IMG/VR virus record: IMGVR_UViG_3300026122_000003
Location: 1 to 27,597 of that record
Strand: one strand, 5' to 3'
Source of the DNA: a virus
Taxonomy: Duplodnaviria > Caudoviricetes
Length of the DNA stretch: 27,597 nucleotides
This document shows positions 1 through 9,526 of the stretch, one piece after another. Position 1 is the first letter of the stretch. Every line of letters starts with the position of its first letter. The translations under genes and the position numbers were made by a program. Under the pieces are notes generated by a model that saw only the letters and a list, made by a program, of their open reading frames with translations, made no database searches and was not told the origin of the DNA.

Positions 1-126
1 GCTGACCGTGCGCTCGAATTTCTCCAGCTCGCGAAAGACCCCGTCGCGGGTTTCGGTCGCGATCGCCTTCGCTTCCGCCGCCACTTCGAGGGCGCGGGTG
101 TCTATCTGGCTTTGCGGGTCGGGCAT
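1..126 (-). CDS. Partial hypothetical protein (N-terminus; runs off the window edge), possibly the start of the lysis region
   Basis: Manual translation MPDPQSQIDTRALEVAAEAKAIATETRDGVFRELEKFERTVS...; CAGGAG RBS 7 nt upstream of the ATG at 126; follows the tailspike gene. Confidence 0.6.
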   Translation of the reverse strand, partial: MPDPQSQIDTRALEVAAEAKAIATETRDGVFRELEKFERTVS

Positions 127-176
127 GGCAGGACTCCTGTTGCGCGGCTACCTGCCACTATGCTTGAACATGCGGT

Positions 177-1844
177 TTACAGATAGGCCCGCACCACCCA
201 GTCGTACTCCGTCTGCGTGATTGTTTCGTCGTTGAACGACGTATGGTCCAGAAGCTGGATAGCCGCGCCCTGCGTGATATAGACGTTGGTCCCGTCGTAG
301 GTGACATCCACCCCGTCATCGATCGCCGCGCCGTGCCAGTGCAGCGGAAACAGGCTTTCCTCGTTGTCCGCCCAGCCCTGCGCGGTGGCGGTGTTGGCCC
401 GGATAATGACCTCGACCCGCTTGGGAACCAGCCCCAGCCCGTGCGCGAACGTGATCTGCGCGTCGTTGTTGAGCGAGGTTTCCGCCGACTCGTAATAGCC
501 GCGCAGCTTGACGTGCCCGGTATTGCCGCCGGAGAAATGATAGGTGGCGGACGTATCGAACCCGCCGGGGTTCGCCGTGTGCCAGTGGTTGTTGCCGATA
601 CTGTAGACGCCGTTGGAGCTGCCGTTGGTCGAGGCAGTCGTAAACGAGCCGTTCGTCGGCGTCCCCTTGTCGATGTTTCCCGAAAGGATGCAGTTGTCCA
701 CGCTGTCGAGCGCGATGGTGACGTCGTCCTGGTCCTGGAACCAGCAGCCGATGACGGTAAGCCCGTCGAGATACTGTCCGGCGGTTGCCGTGGCGGTTGC
801 CTTGATGGCCGTAACCCCGAGTTTGAACCGGCAGCCGATGAAGGCGAAGTCGCTGCCCGTGGTCGCCCCGATATCGGCCAGAACCGACGTGGTATTCCCG
901 GCAGGCGCGCCGAAATAGCACCCGATATAGGTCACGCGGTCGGCATTGAGCCCATGCAGGCAGGCCTGTGTAGAAGCCTGGTCGAACGTGCAGCCCTCGG
1001 CCACGAAGTCGAACACCTCGTCGATGGACAGGTTCCACGCGCCGGTGTTCGTGAAGTGAACACCGATCAGGCGGATGCCCTCGCTGTCGTTCAAAGTGCC
1101 GATTGTGCGAAGGCCGCGCCCCGTCCCCGAAACCGTCCCGCCGTACCAGCGGAAAGCATTCGAGGCCCCATCCAGACGAACAGCCGCCAGTGTCGCGTTG
1201 GATGCCACGAAGTCGCAATCCCAAAGGGTTACGAAATCGCCCGGGCATTGCAGCAGGAACGAATTTGCAGCAGACCCCCGGAACTTGCACCCCCGGAGCG
1301 TAATATCCGTTGCCCCGCTGTCGATCTCCACCCCATAGGCGGTCTGCGTATCGGAGTCGAAATCCAGATCCTCGACGATCAGCCCCACACATGAAGCCTG
1401 TACGTTCAGGATCGACGCGATGGAGGACGTGGCTTTCAGCGTCGAGCCCCGCTGGTGCGCGCCCTGCAGCTTGATCTCGACCGCGCTGTTGACCGTCAGC
1501 TCGGTCGAAACCGCCATGACGCCCGGCGGGAATATGACCGTTCCGCCCCCGGCCGCGATACAGGCGTCGATGGCCGCCTGAATCTCCGTCGAGTCGTCGG
1601 TAGACCCGTCCACGGCCGCCGAATAATCGTTGCGGACGTGGAACTGGTCGTTGTCGACCAGGCTGGCGAAGGCCGCGTTTACCGCGTCGTCAACGGCGTC
1701 GATCAGGGTCTTGAGCGGGTCCGCGAGCTTGCTCTTGATCGTCGCCCAGTCAACCCGGTTCGATGCGACTTCCGTGCCGTCGTCAGCCGGCGGATTCGAG
1801 TTGTAGCCCGAGGCCGTTTGTTCGCTATACGGGTTTGTGCCCAT
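177..1844 (-). CDS. Tailspike / receptor-binding protein with right-handed beta-helix (pectate-lyase-like) domain
   Basis: Beta-helix cap motif DYSAAVDGSTDDSTEIQAAIDACIAAGGGTVIFPPG followed by repeated FxGCxF/IxGCxF strands; C-terminal FAHGLGLVP domain; located after the ejection genes. Confidence 0.85.
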   Translation of the reverse strand: MGTNPYSEQTASGYNSNPPADDGTEVASNRVDWATIKSKLADPLKTLIDAVDDAVNAAFASLVDNDQFHVRNDYSAAVDGSTDDSTEIQAAIDACIAAGGGTVIFPPGVMAVSTELTVNSAVEIKLQGAHQRGSTLKATSSIASILNVQASCVGLIVEDLDFDSDTQTAYGVEIDSGATDITLRGCKFRGSAANSFLLQCPGDFVTLWDCDFVASNATLAAVRLDGASNAFRWYGGTVSGTGRGLRTIGTLNDSEGIRLIGVHFTNTGAWNLSIDEVFDFVAEGCTFDQASTQACLHGLNADRVTYIGCYFGAPAGNTTSVLADIGATTGSDFAFIGCRFKLGVTAIKATATATAGQYLDGLTVIGCWFQDQDDVTIALDSVDNCILSGNIDKGTPTNGSFTTASTNGSSNGVYSIGNNHWHTANPGGFDTSATYHFSGGNTGHVKLRGYYESAETSLNNDAQITFAHGLGLVPKRVEVIIRANTATAQGWADNEESLFPLHWHGAAIDDGVDVTYDGTNVYITQGAAIQLLDHTSFNDETITQTEYDWVVRAYL

Positions 1845-1869
1845 GAGCAGGAGTTCCTATATATGCAGG

Positions 1870-2010
1870 ATGGAGACGATCAAGGACATCTCGGCAGTTC
1901 TTGGACTGCTCGCCCTCTGGGTTTTCGATATCGCTTTTCAGCTGGCGGCCCCGGCCGCCGTGATCGCCGGGCTCTTACTGCTGTTCGGCGTCGTTGGCGG
2001 CGTCCGCTAG
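1870..2010 (+). CDS. Small hydrophobic membrane protein (46 aa), candidate superinfection-exclusion factor
   Basis: Manual translation METIKDISAVLGLLALWVFDIAFQLAAPAAVIAGLLLLFGVVGGVR; occupies the gap between the tailspike and ejection genes on the opposite strand; TTGTGC-17-TATATA just upstream. Confidence 0.55.
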   Translation: METIKDISAVLGLLALWVFDIAFQLAAPAAVIAGLLLLFGVVGGVR

Positions 2011-4278
2011 GATCGCGCCCATCACCCGGAGGCTGTTGTACGGAAGGGGCTTCTTGCCCGAACCCGTTACCATGCGCTGGAACGGCTTGCTCACAAGCAG
2101 CCGACCCAAGGTGAGGTTATGGAGATAGGTGGTTATCGCGCTCATCCGCAGTTGCAGCGCGCCCGCCGCAGTGGAGGCCGTCTGCATGGCCCCGCCCGCA
2201 TCCGGCTTGACGGCCACGAACTCCGCATACCTGTCCAGGTTCCTGAGCGTCTGAACGTCGCTAAGGCCGAGAAACCGGATCGCCCCGGTATCGCGTAGTT
2301 TCCCTATCTCTGCCCGCAGCGCCTTCGCGTCGACGACCGGCACGCCCTCGTCTATGACCGTGGCGTTCCGGGATACCCTTTCCATGAGCGCGGCACGGAT
2401 CGTCTGCCTCTGGGCCGGGGACGCCGCTTCCCGGAGACGGGAAATCGCGGCTGTACTGTTGCCGTTGATGAGATCGTCCATGACCGCGGCCGTCCGAACC
2501 TGACGCTCCGCCAGTTCCTTGATGCCGATCCGATTGAGCCGGTCGATTTGCCGCCCGACATTTCTGAGATTTGCTTGTTCGGCCGGGGACAGGAGGGTGT
2601 CGAGCGTCGGCTTGTCAAAACTGTCCAGACGCTTGGTCAGCCCGTCCACGTTGCGGGCGTCGATGAAATCGGCCTTAACCGCATCCCGGAATTCATTGAA
2701 CCGCGCTTCGGGCAAAACCTCTTTCAGCACCAGGATATTATCCTGCTGCAGGGGTTGTGCGAGGCGGGACGCAAGCATGGTCGGGGTTTCGTCGCGCTGG
2801 GCGCGGATGACAAGCAACTGCTCCATGGTTTTAAAACGACGGGCCGCCAGTGCGTTCGCCTTTGCCCATGCTTCGGCAAACCCCGGTGCTGAATTCTTCG
2901 GATTCTGTAAAACATGCGTGACAGCCGCATAGATTTTCCCGGCCACCTCATGTTCCGCACGAACGATTTCTCCGGGATTCGGCGTTTTGGCTTCCCACAA
3001 TGCCGAACGGATCGAGCGGAGACGTTCCGTGGCGTCAATTATCGCCCCACTTTCCAGCTCTATCGGTGGTTCGTCTGGGTCAAACGACTTCAAACGCTTG
3101 ACGGCATCGGTTACTTCCGGAGATAGGTTCTCCCCGAGGGCTGCCGCGCGTTGCTCAATTTCATTCGCCACCGCGAGCGCGGGGGAGTGATCGAATTCCG
3201 GGGTTTCGATTTTCCGCGCATCGTCATAGGACTTGCGAACTACGGTCGAGGCGAGATCGTCGTATTCCTGAATGCCCTGCTGGACCGCCTTCCCGCCATC
3301 GCGTAGCGTCTTGTCCGAAAGCCGGGCGCCTTCTATGACCTGGCGGCGGGCGTCCTCATGGAGCTTCTGCAGGTCCCCGCGCAACAGCGAAGCCCGGTCG
3401 GCGTCCCTCAGCCCGCGAAGGGTGTTGACCATCTGCCGCTGCTGGTTCTGGACATACGCCTTGATGGTCCCGGTCGTGGCCGCCGCCTGCTGGCCGAGTT
3501 TCTGGATGAGCGGGCTTTGCGAAACCTGCGACGGCAGAATGGGCGGCAGGCCAAGCGTTTCGGCAGCCATCTGCGCGGGACGCGAGCCCGGCACGACCTG
3601 GATATTCGATGATCCCCGAAGAAAATTAAGCGGCCCCGAGATTGCCATGGTCAGCGCGGCCCCCGCCGTGCCGACAAGGGATTCCTGAGCGATCCGGCCC
3701 GCCATCTGCTTGATGGTTTCTTTCTGGTAGCCGCGAAGCTCCTCGACAACTTCCTTTCCCGTCCGCCCGGCTACTTCTCCCAGAAAAACACGGGACAACT
3801 GCTTTACCAGCCGTCCGCCGCGCACGAGGAACGCTTCGGCAACCGCAGACGGAAGATCGCCGGCAATATCCGCGATGTCCCCCATCGGCTCGAATTTTTC
3901 CAGCATGGGCGCATCGAACTTCGCAAACGGCTCGTTGCCGTTCTTGCGGTAGAGAATTTCGCGTCCGCCGGAGGGCGGGGAAACCATGATGAAGTCTCCG
4001 TCCGGGAACCGCTCCATGAACTTCATGCGCTTTTCATCGAACGTGTCGGACAGGCCGATATCGAAACGCGCGCCGAAATCCGGAAACCCGGAGGGGCCTA
4101 GTTCGCCGGGGTCGATACCCTGCTGAACAACCGACGATGCGCGAAGGTCGGCGGCCCTCTGCCGTCGCGCCCTGACACCGGCTGCGAAATCCGTCGGGCG
4201 CTCGATTTGCTGCCCGCTGCCGATATCGAGAGTCTCGCGGCGCTGGCGGACGGCATCGGCAAAATCATCGGTCGCCAT
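1975..4278 (-). CDS. Large DNA ejection / internal virion protein (P22 gp16-like position)
   Basis: 767 aa, helical Ala/Arg/Leu-rich; third of three consecutive genes between tail hub and tailspike; start overlaps the upstream stop. Confidence 0.65.
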   Translation of the reverse strand: MATDDFADAVRQRRETLDIGSGQQIERPTDFAAGVRARRQRAADLRASSVVQQGIDPGELGPSGFPDFGARFDIGLSDTFDEKRMKFMERFPDGDFIMVSPPSGGREILYRKNGNEPFAKFDAPMLEKFEPMGDIADIAGDLPSAVAEAFLVRGGRLVKQLSRVFLGEVAGRTGKEVVEELRGYQKETIKQMAGRIAQESLVGTAGAALTMAISGPLNFLRGSSNIQVVPGSRPAQMAAETLGLPPILPSQVSQSPLIQKLGQQAAATTGTIKAYVQNQQRQMVNTLRGLRDADRASLLRGDLQKLHEDARRQVIEGARLSDKTLRDGGKAVQQGIQEYDDLASTVVRKSYDDARKIETPEFDHSPALAVANEIEQRAAALGENLSPEVTDAVKRLKSFDPDEPPIELESGAIIDATERLRSIRSALWEAKTPNPGEIVRAEHEVAGKIYAAVTHVLQNPKNSAPGFAEAWAKANALAARRFKTMEQLLVIRAQRDETPTMLASRLAQPLQQDNILVLKEVLPEARFNEFRDAVKADFIDARNVDGLTKRLDSFDKPTLDTLLSPAEQANLRNVGRQIDRLNRIGIKELAERQVRTAAVMDDLINGNSTAAISRLREAASPAQRQTIRAALMERVSRNATVIDEGVPVVDAKALRAEIGKLRDTGAIRFLGLSDVQTLRNLDRYAEFVAVKPDAGGAMQTASTAAGALQLRMSAITTYLHNLTLGRLLVSKPFQRMVTGSGKKPLPYNSLRVMGAILADAANDAEQQ

Positions 4279-5477
4279 CAGAGGCCCATCCTGTCCATCA
4301 AGCGCACAACCGCGGCAATCGCGCTTTCCTCGGTGTACCCGTTCTTTATGAGGATCTGGCCCATTTCCCTGATCCCGTCATCGGTCGAAAGATCGACCTT
4401 GCCCGCGATGCGAAGGCGGTCGAGTTCACGGGTTTCCGTCCGGTGCATGATGTCCATGGCCGTGGTCAGCGCGGCCTCGATCTGCTCCGGGGAGGCCGTG
4501 ACTTCAAGGGTCTGCAACGCCTGTTCGGCGCGGCGGCGTTCCTCGTCCGTGAACCGGGATGTCTCCTGCGTGATCGTGGAGAGCATCTGGGAGGTGGTAA
4601 CGCGGGCCTGTGTCCGGACCTTCGCGACCTCCGCCGGGCTGGCCCCCGTGACGCCCTTGGTAATCCCCTTCAGCAGCGGCATTTGCTCGATGACGCCGCC
4701 GCCCTTTTCGATGATCGTCCCGAGAATACCTCCCGCCTGCGGGGTTTTCCTGAAGGCGGCGGCGGTGGCGGAAAGCTCCTCGAGAGAAGCGGCGGTCGCC
4801 CGCAGGTTTCCCCGGACATCCTGGATCGATTTCTTCGTCTCGCCCGTCAGGTTGACCTGGCTGGTGTCGGTCGGCTGCACGTTCAGGCCGAACTCGACAA
4901 AGCCGCCGGCCTTCAGGCGGGCCAGATCGTCCTTCGCCCCGTCAGCGCGAAGATCGACAAAGGTCCGCTCCCCGGTGGACGGGTTTATGAAATTCTGCAC
5001 CTGCGGCGGCTTTTCCGATTCCTGCGCGGCTGTTTTCTTGCCCGCTGCGCTGGCCTCAATGTCCGCCTGTTCCTGTTCCGTCCGCAGGTTCGCAACCGCG
5101 CTGTCGAATGCCGACAGGCGGGCGGACATCATGGGAGCCGCGGCGCGGTCCACGCGCGCGATCTGGGCGGACATCATTTCCAGCACCTTCCGGTGTTCGG
5201 CAACGGCCTTCTTCCCGGCTTCGGTCGTGACCCTGGTGTCCCGGACGGACTTGATCGCGTCCTTGAGAACCCCGTCGTAGTTCTTGAATACGGCTTCCCG
5301 CTGTTCCCGGAGGAACTTGTCCGACTGCTGGTCGAGTTCCCGGTTTTTCAGGTCGAGCAACCGGTCCTGCTGGCCCAGCTTCCGGGCGTTCAGGGCCTTC
5401 TTGTCCCGGTCTTTCTCCAACCCGCGCATGGTGTCGAACGCCGACCCCATCGTGATACCGGACAGTCCATCGGCCAT
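4278..5477 (-). CDS. DNA ejection protein (P22 gp20-like position)
   Basis: 399 aa, Gly-rich N-terminus then coiled-coil; synteny. Confidence 0.6.
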   Translation of the reverse strand: MADGLSGITMGSAFDTMRGLEKDRDKKALNARKLGQQDRLLDLKNRELDQQSDKFLREQREAVFKNYDGVLKDAIKSVRDTRVTTEAGKKAVAEHRKVLEMMSAQIARVDRAAAPMMSARLSAFDSAVANLRTEQEQADIEASAAGKKTAAQESEKPPQVQNFINPSTGERTFVDLRADGAKDDLARLKAGGFVEFGLNVQPTDTSQVNLTGETKKSIQDVRGNLRATAASLEELSATAAAFRKTPQAGGILGTIIEKGGGVIEQMPLLKGITKGVTGASPAEVAKVRTQARVTTSQMLSTITQETSRFTDEERRRAEQALQTLEVTASPEQIEAALTTAMDIMHRTETRELDRLRIAGKVDLSTDDGIREMGQILIKNGYTEESAIAAVVRLMDRMGL

Positions 5478-5536
5478 CAGAAAATCCCCTTTGTGTCAAA
5501 GAACACATCGCTTGCGGCCTGAAGCGAAAGCCCGGA

Positions 5537-6274
5537 TTAAACGCCGCCCAGGATTTTGCTTACGCCGCTGCCCACGGCGTCGGCGATGCCGCCGAACAGT
5601 TTCCCGCGGCCCTGCGCGTTGGCTACCGCGATGTTCCCCAGCGCATCGGATATCCGGGACTGCGCGGCCGAGGCCCCGGTGGCGAAGGTGATCGCGGCCC
5701 CGGTTTCGAAATTCCCCTGCTCCAGCAGCGCGGCCATCGTGGCGTTGAAAACGTCGTTTTCGTCCTTGATCAGCGAAAGGTTCAGGTCGAGCTCCTGAAG
5801 GAACGATTCCGCCTCGATCTTCTGCGCTTCCTCGGCAAAGGCGAGATCCGCGCGGGTCAGGGCATCGTTGCCGAAAGACGAACCCAGCACCCGCCTCCGG
5901 GCGAGGTTGTCCCGCAGGTTTCCGACCGAACGCTCCCGCGCACGCTCGTTGGCCAGCAGCCTCGTTTGGCGGAACTTGCTCATGCCCACGGGAACCGTGC
6001 GGCGGAGATTGCCGATCCGGTTGGCGGTCAGCCGTCCCTTGTTCTCGATGGCGCCGAGCGTGCGGTCGGTGGCGTTCTCACGCCTGATCTGCAAGCCTCT
6101 CCCCGGACTCTCCAGGAGCGACAGGTTGTTGCCGAAGATCGTCCCGGTGGTACGGTTCGCCCCGACCTGTTGAGATGCAGAACCGCCGCCGCCAAAAGCC
6201 TTGCTCAACGCAAAACTTGTTCCTGCCGATGCTACAGCAGGCAATACCGCCGACGCGATAGCTGATCCCGCCAT
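5537..6274 (-). CDS. DNA ejection / pilot protein (P22 gp7-like position)
   Basis: 245 aa with Gly/Ala/Ser-rich hydrophobic termini and an LARRRVLGSS motif typical of podovirus pilot proteins; synteny. Confidence 0.65.
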   Translation of the reverse strand: MAGSAIASAVLPAVASAGTSFALSKAFGGGGSASQQVGANRTTGTIFGNNLSLLESPGRGLQIRRENATDRTLGAIENKGRLTANRIGNLRRTVPVGMSKFRQTRLLANERARERSVGNLRDNLARRRVLGSSFGNDALTRADLAFAEEAQKIEAESFLQELDLNLSLIKDENDVFNATMAALLEQGNFETGAAITFATGASAAQSRISDALGNIAVANAQGRGKLFGGIADAVGSGVSKILGGV

Positions 6275-6975
6275 CAGTACACCCTCGCTTTCTCAGGACG
6301 CCTTGATTGGTGAAGCATCGCCGCCCCATCCTCGTAGATGTCGTGAACCCGCCCTACCTGACGCATTAGCCCGAGGTCAACCATCTTGCCGAAAAACGGG
6401 CGGTCTCCCTGCATGGTGAAATCCAGTATCGTGATCTCGTCACGGTTGGCATTCGTCCAGTTCGCAAACGCTTCGAACACGTTCCGCGGGCTGGCCCACG
6501 GGAACCAGACGATCTCCAGCACGATCAATACCGTTTCGAAGTGCACCCAGCCCATGACCATGCCCACCGCGTGGCGGCCCCTGGGCGTGTCCCCGAACAG
6601 CGTCCAGACCGCGTTATAGTGCGCGAAAACATGGTCGGTGAAAGCGGTCTTGAATTCGTCTGGCGACAGGCCGGGTTCGAAATATTTGCCGAACGTCCCC
6701 AGCTTCCCCATCTTGTACGCCGCCCCGGCGTACTTGATGTCCGCGTCCTCTATCGGACGGGAATGCGAAAACCGGGAAAGAACGCGGTTAAGCCGCCTTG
6801 AAGCGGACGCCGATTTCGTTGATCCGGAAATCCGCCGTGCCTTCGACCCTGGTCCGGATCTGGAATTCGTTTCCCTGTCCGGGGACCGGGAACCGTTTTC
6901 GGGTGACGCGCCCGCCGAAGGGGAGTCCGAAATAGAAACTTCCTCCGAAGTAGGCTTGTGAAGAACCTCCGCCAA
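6274..6975 (-). CDS. Virion assembly protein, probably GNAT-like fold
   Basis: C-terminal ~165 aa globular (VGMVMGW...GLMRQVGRVHDIY); lies between tail hub and ejection genes, where podoviruses often encode a GNAT-like protein; TTG start with GGGAGG RBS, start uncertain. Confidence 0.5.
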   Translation of the reverse strand: MAEVLHKPTSEEVSISDSPSAGASPENGSRSPDRETNSRSGPGSKARRISGSTKSASASRRLNRVLSRFSHSRPIEDADIKYAGAAYKMGKLGTFGKYFEPGLSPDEFKTAFTDHVFAHYNAVWTLFGDTPRGRHAVGMVMGWVHFETVLIVLEIVWFPWASPRNVFEAFANWTNANRDEITILDFTMQGDRPFFGKMVDLGLMRQVGRVHDIYEDGAAMLHQSRRPEKARVY

Positions 6976-8380
6976 AGTAAACCCCTCCCGTGCCCGCGGG
7001 CAGCGTGATCGTCAATTCCTGGTCGAACAGCGTCTGGCCCGCGAATTCGAAGGTCAGCGTCAGCGTCGATGCGTAATCGGCCTTCCGGTACTTGACCCAT
7101 CCCTCGATTTCATAGGCCTCGGAATCGAGGGGCGCGGACATGAGGCCGGAGACGCGCTCGGCAACCACGTTTTCACTGCCCGCGTCCCCGGAAAGCCCGG
7201 TTCCCTCAAGACGGTAGAGGTTCCCCGAGGTGTCGCCCATCCACACGTATTCGAGGCCCGTCACCGGGTCCAGAAGGTTCATCATGCAGACCGGGTTGAA
7301 GGCCAGCGCGTGCGCGGTCGTCCATTTCGACCACGGCGACAGCGGACCCCCGACCATGCCCTTGTGCAAAACCCAGGTCTGGCTTTCGCCCACGGCTTCG
7401 CAATACACCCGGTCCAGCCGCGAGTTGTAGACGATCCGCCAGCGTTTGAACCCGGCGACGGTATCGCCGATCGCCAGCGAAAGATCGTCAGACTCCACGT
7501 CCCCGAAGCGGTCGGTCGAAACCAGGCTTTCTATCCGCCCCTGGCGGCCATAGAGAATGTCGTTGCCGACATACGCCAGCCCCTCGACACCCAGGGCGCC
7601 GGACCCGGCATAGAAGTCGTCTATCGTGTAGTCCTGCGCCGACTGTCCGCTGATGTTGTACAGGTTCCCGTCGGGGCCGAGCGAGGAAACCACGACCGTT
7701 CCCAGGGCCCCCACCAGCCCGTTTACGGCTCTCAGGTCGGGGGTCAGAAAAAAGAACGGGTCTTCGTCCGATAGCGACGTGCTGGGCCGGTCGGAAATCG
7801 AGATCGTCTTGTAGTCGCTGCGTTTCGAGCCCACGATCATGTGCGGAACGGCCACGAAGTTCCGGACGTTCGCGTACCATGCCCGTTCGTCGCGCACGAA
7901 GCAGTAGCGGGCGAAGAAATCTCCGGGCAGGTTGTGCGGCATCTCCTGCAAGGTCTTGCCGTTCCAGGTGAGAACCGGGTTGACGCCGTTCAGGTCGGTG
8001 AGAACGAGCACGTCGTCCAGCGTGAAGTTATGCCAGCGCCAGCCCCTGAGCATGGCCGAGGCATCGCAGGTGCCCGCGAGCGTGAACGTGCCTATCCCAT
8101 CCCACTCGTAAATGTTGCCCGCCGACTGGACGAGAAACGAGGTGTCGCCGTTCTGCTTGACCAACTGCCCCATGCCCCGGATTGCCCCGGCGTTGGGCGT
8201 GGTCCCCACGTTGTCGAACGGCGGGCGCGGATGGAAGTCGTGGTCACGAACGTCGAGCGTGAAGTTCCGGCCAGTCGCGCATTCGCGGATGTCGATCTCG
8301 TCCTCCGGCGGCCGTGAATGAATGCCGCCGCCGAACCTGAGTACGTAGGAGTTCTCCTCCTGCTTTATTTCGGAAACCAC
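6788..8380 (-). CDS. Tail hub / DNA stabilization protein (P22 gp10 / tail tubular B-like)
   Basis: 530 aa beta-rich (propeller-like), FGGGI near the N-terminus; follows the adaptor gene. Confidence 0.75.
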   Translation of the reverse strand: MVSEIKQEENSYVLRFGGGIHSRPPEDEIDIRECATGRNFTLDVRDHDFHPRPPFDNVGTTPNAGAIRGMGQLVKQNGDTSFLVQSAGNIYEWDGIGTFTLAGTCDASAMLRGWRWHNFTLDDVLVLTDLNGVNPVLTWNGKTLQEMPHNLPGDFFARYCFVRDERAWYANVRNFVAVPHMIVGSKRSDYKTISISDRPSTSLSDEDPFFFLTPDLRAVNGLVGALGTVVVSSLGPDGNLYNISGQSAQDYTIDDFYAGSGALGVEGLAYVGNDILYGRQGRIESLVSTDRFGDVESDDLSLAIGDTVAGFKRWRIVYNSRLDRVYCEAVGESQTWVLHKGMVGGPLSPWSKWTTAHALAFNPVCMMNLLDPVTGLEYVWMGDTSGNLYRLEGTGLSGDAGSENVVAERVSGLMSAPLDSEAYEIEGWVKYRKADYASTLTLTFEFAGQTLFDQELTITLPAGTGGVYFGGGSSQAYFGGSFYFGLPFGGRVTRKRFPVPGQGNEFQIRTRVEGTADFRINEIGVRFKAA

Positions 8381-9027
8381 GAGCCCCTCGCGGGCAGCTG
8401 CCGGAAGCCGCGCGCGGCGCGCGCGAAGCTGAGGTCCATCATTTCCGTATCGACATCCCTCCGCGACAGCCGCCGCCAGATTTCCGCCCAGACCGGGACC
8501 ATCGCCCGGAAAACCTCGTCGGAGAACGGCACGGTGTCCGCCGCCTCGTCCAAAGTCAGGTCCTTCCGGTAGTTGTACTGGTAGACCTTGCCGTTGTCGG
8601 CGGCCGCGGGCGAGGCCTCGATAACCAGCTTCCCGTCGGTCGGGCGGATGGCCGCGAGATACGGAAGGCCGGTGTAGGTGGTGATCGCGAGGTCGGTTTC
8701 CATCTGGAAATACCCGCCCGGATATTCGAAGATGTACTGGCCGTTCGTCTCGTCCCGGAAGGGGAACATCAGGGTCACGAGGTCGGCCGCGAGCGCGTAT
8801 GCGGTCGTCGAGGTCACAAGCGTGATCGTGTCTTCGCCCATGCCGTTGGGCCTGGGTTCGCCGGCAATGGAATACAGCTGGTCAACGCCTTCGCCGATGG
8901 CCTGCACGGCCTTGTCGATATGCAGCTGCCGGGGCGAGTCCGTCAGGGTCGTGAGCTCGCCGGCGGTGTCGATGACATCGACACGCTTGAGCACCTCGTT
9001 GACGGCGTTAAGAAGCGTCTTTGCCAT
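8365..9027 (-). CDS. Head-tail adaptor (tail tubular A / P22 gp4-like position)
   Basis: 220 aa starting TLLNAVNEVLKRV, with ITLVTSTTAYALAAD and P..AADNGKVYQYNY segments typical of podovirus adaptors. Confidence 0.7.
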   Translation of the reverse strand: MAKTLLNAVNEVLKRVDVIDTAGELTTLTDSPRQLHIDKAVQAIGEGVDQLYSIAGEPRPNGMGEDTITLVTSTTAYALAADLVTLMFPFRDETNGQYIFEYPGGYFQMETDLAITTYTGLPYLAAIRPTDGKLVIEASPAAADNGKVYQYNYRKDLTLDEAADTVPFSDEVFRAMVPVWAEIWRRLSRRDVDTEMMDLSFARAARGFRQLPARGSWFPK

Positions 9028-9481
9028 GCGCCAGTTTCCTCACGAGGTCGTCCTTGCTGTCGCGGATGCTGATCCTGATGCCCTTGCCCGCCGCCATCTT
9101 CATCAGTTCCCCGCGCTTCATGTCCAGCAGGCTCGGGGGCCGGGGCCTCGCCTGGTCGACCTTGAATTGCGCGGCGAGAAGCTGTTCTTCCGTCACCTCG
9201 ATCGTGCGGTCGGGGTCGTTCCGCTCCGGCGGCTTGCCGGTAATCATCGCCAGCCACTCCGGATAGGGCGGGGTGACGGCCGGACGCTGGGAGCCGAGCC
9301 GGGGAAGCGCGATTTGCCGGATGTCGAAGACCTTGTGGTTCTTGAGGATCGCGATCATCACCGGCTTCGGCATGCCGGGCTTGATTTCATCGATGCCCTG
9401 CCAGCGCGCGACGTACTCGCACTCCTTCCGGGACAGCCGGTAGAGCGGGTCGCGCGGGTCTTCGATCTTGTTCAGTTGCAT
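9008..9481 (-). CDS. Hypothetical protein with two helix-extension-helix (Rho-N/HeH-like) repeats
   Basis: LSRKECEYVARWQGI...KPVMIAIL and MKRGELMKMAAGKGI...SKDDLVRKL; GGAGG RBS; common position after the capsid gene. Confidence 0.6.
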   Translation of the reverse strand: MQLNKIEDPRDPLYRLSRKECEYVARWQGIDEIKPGMPKPVMIAILKNHKVFDIRQIALPRLGSQRPAVTPPYPEWLAMITGKPPERNDPDRTIEVTEEQLLAAQFKVDQARPRPPSLLDMKRGELMKMAAGKGIRISIRDSKDDLVRKLAHGKDAS

Positions 9482-9492
9482 GGTGCCTCCGG

Positions 9493-9521
9493 AAAAAAGG
9501 GGCGGGGTTTCCCCCGCCCCT
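9493..9521 (-). terminator. Rho-independent terminator after the major capsid gene
   Basis: Minus strand GGGGCGGGG-GAAA-CCCCGCCCC followed by TTTTTT. Confidence 0.9.
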
Positions 9522-9526
9522 CATGC

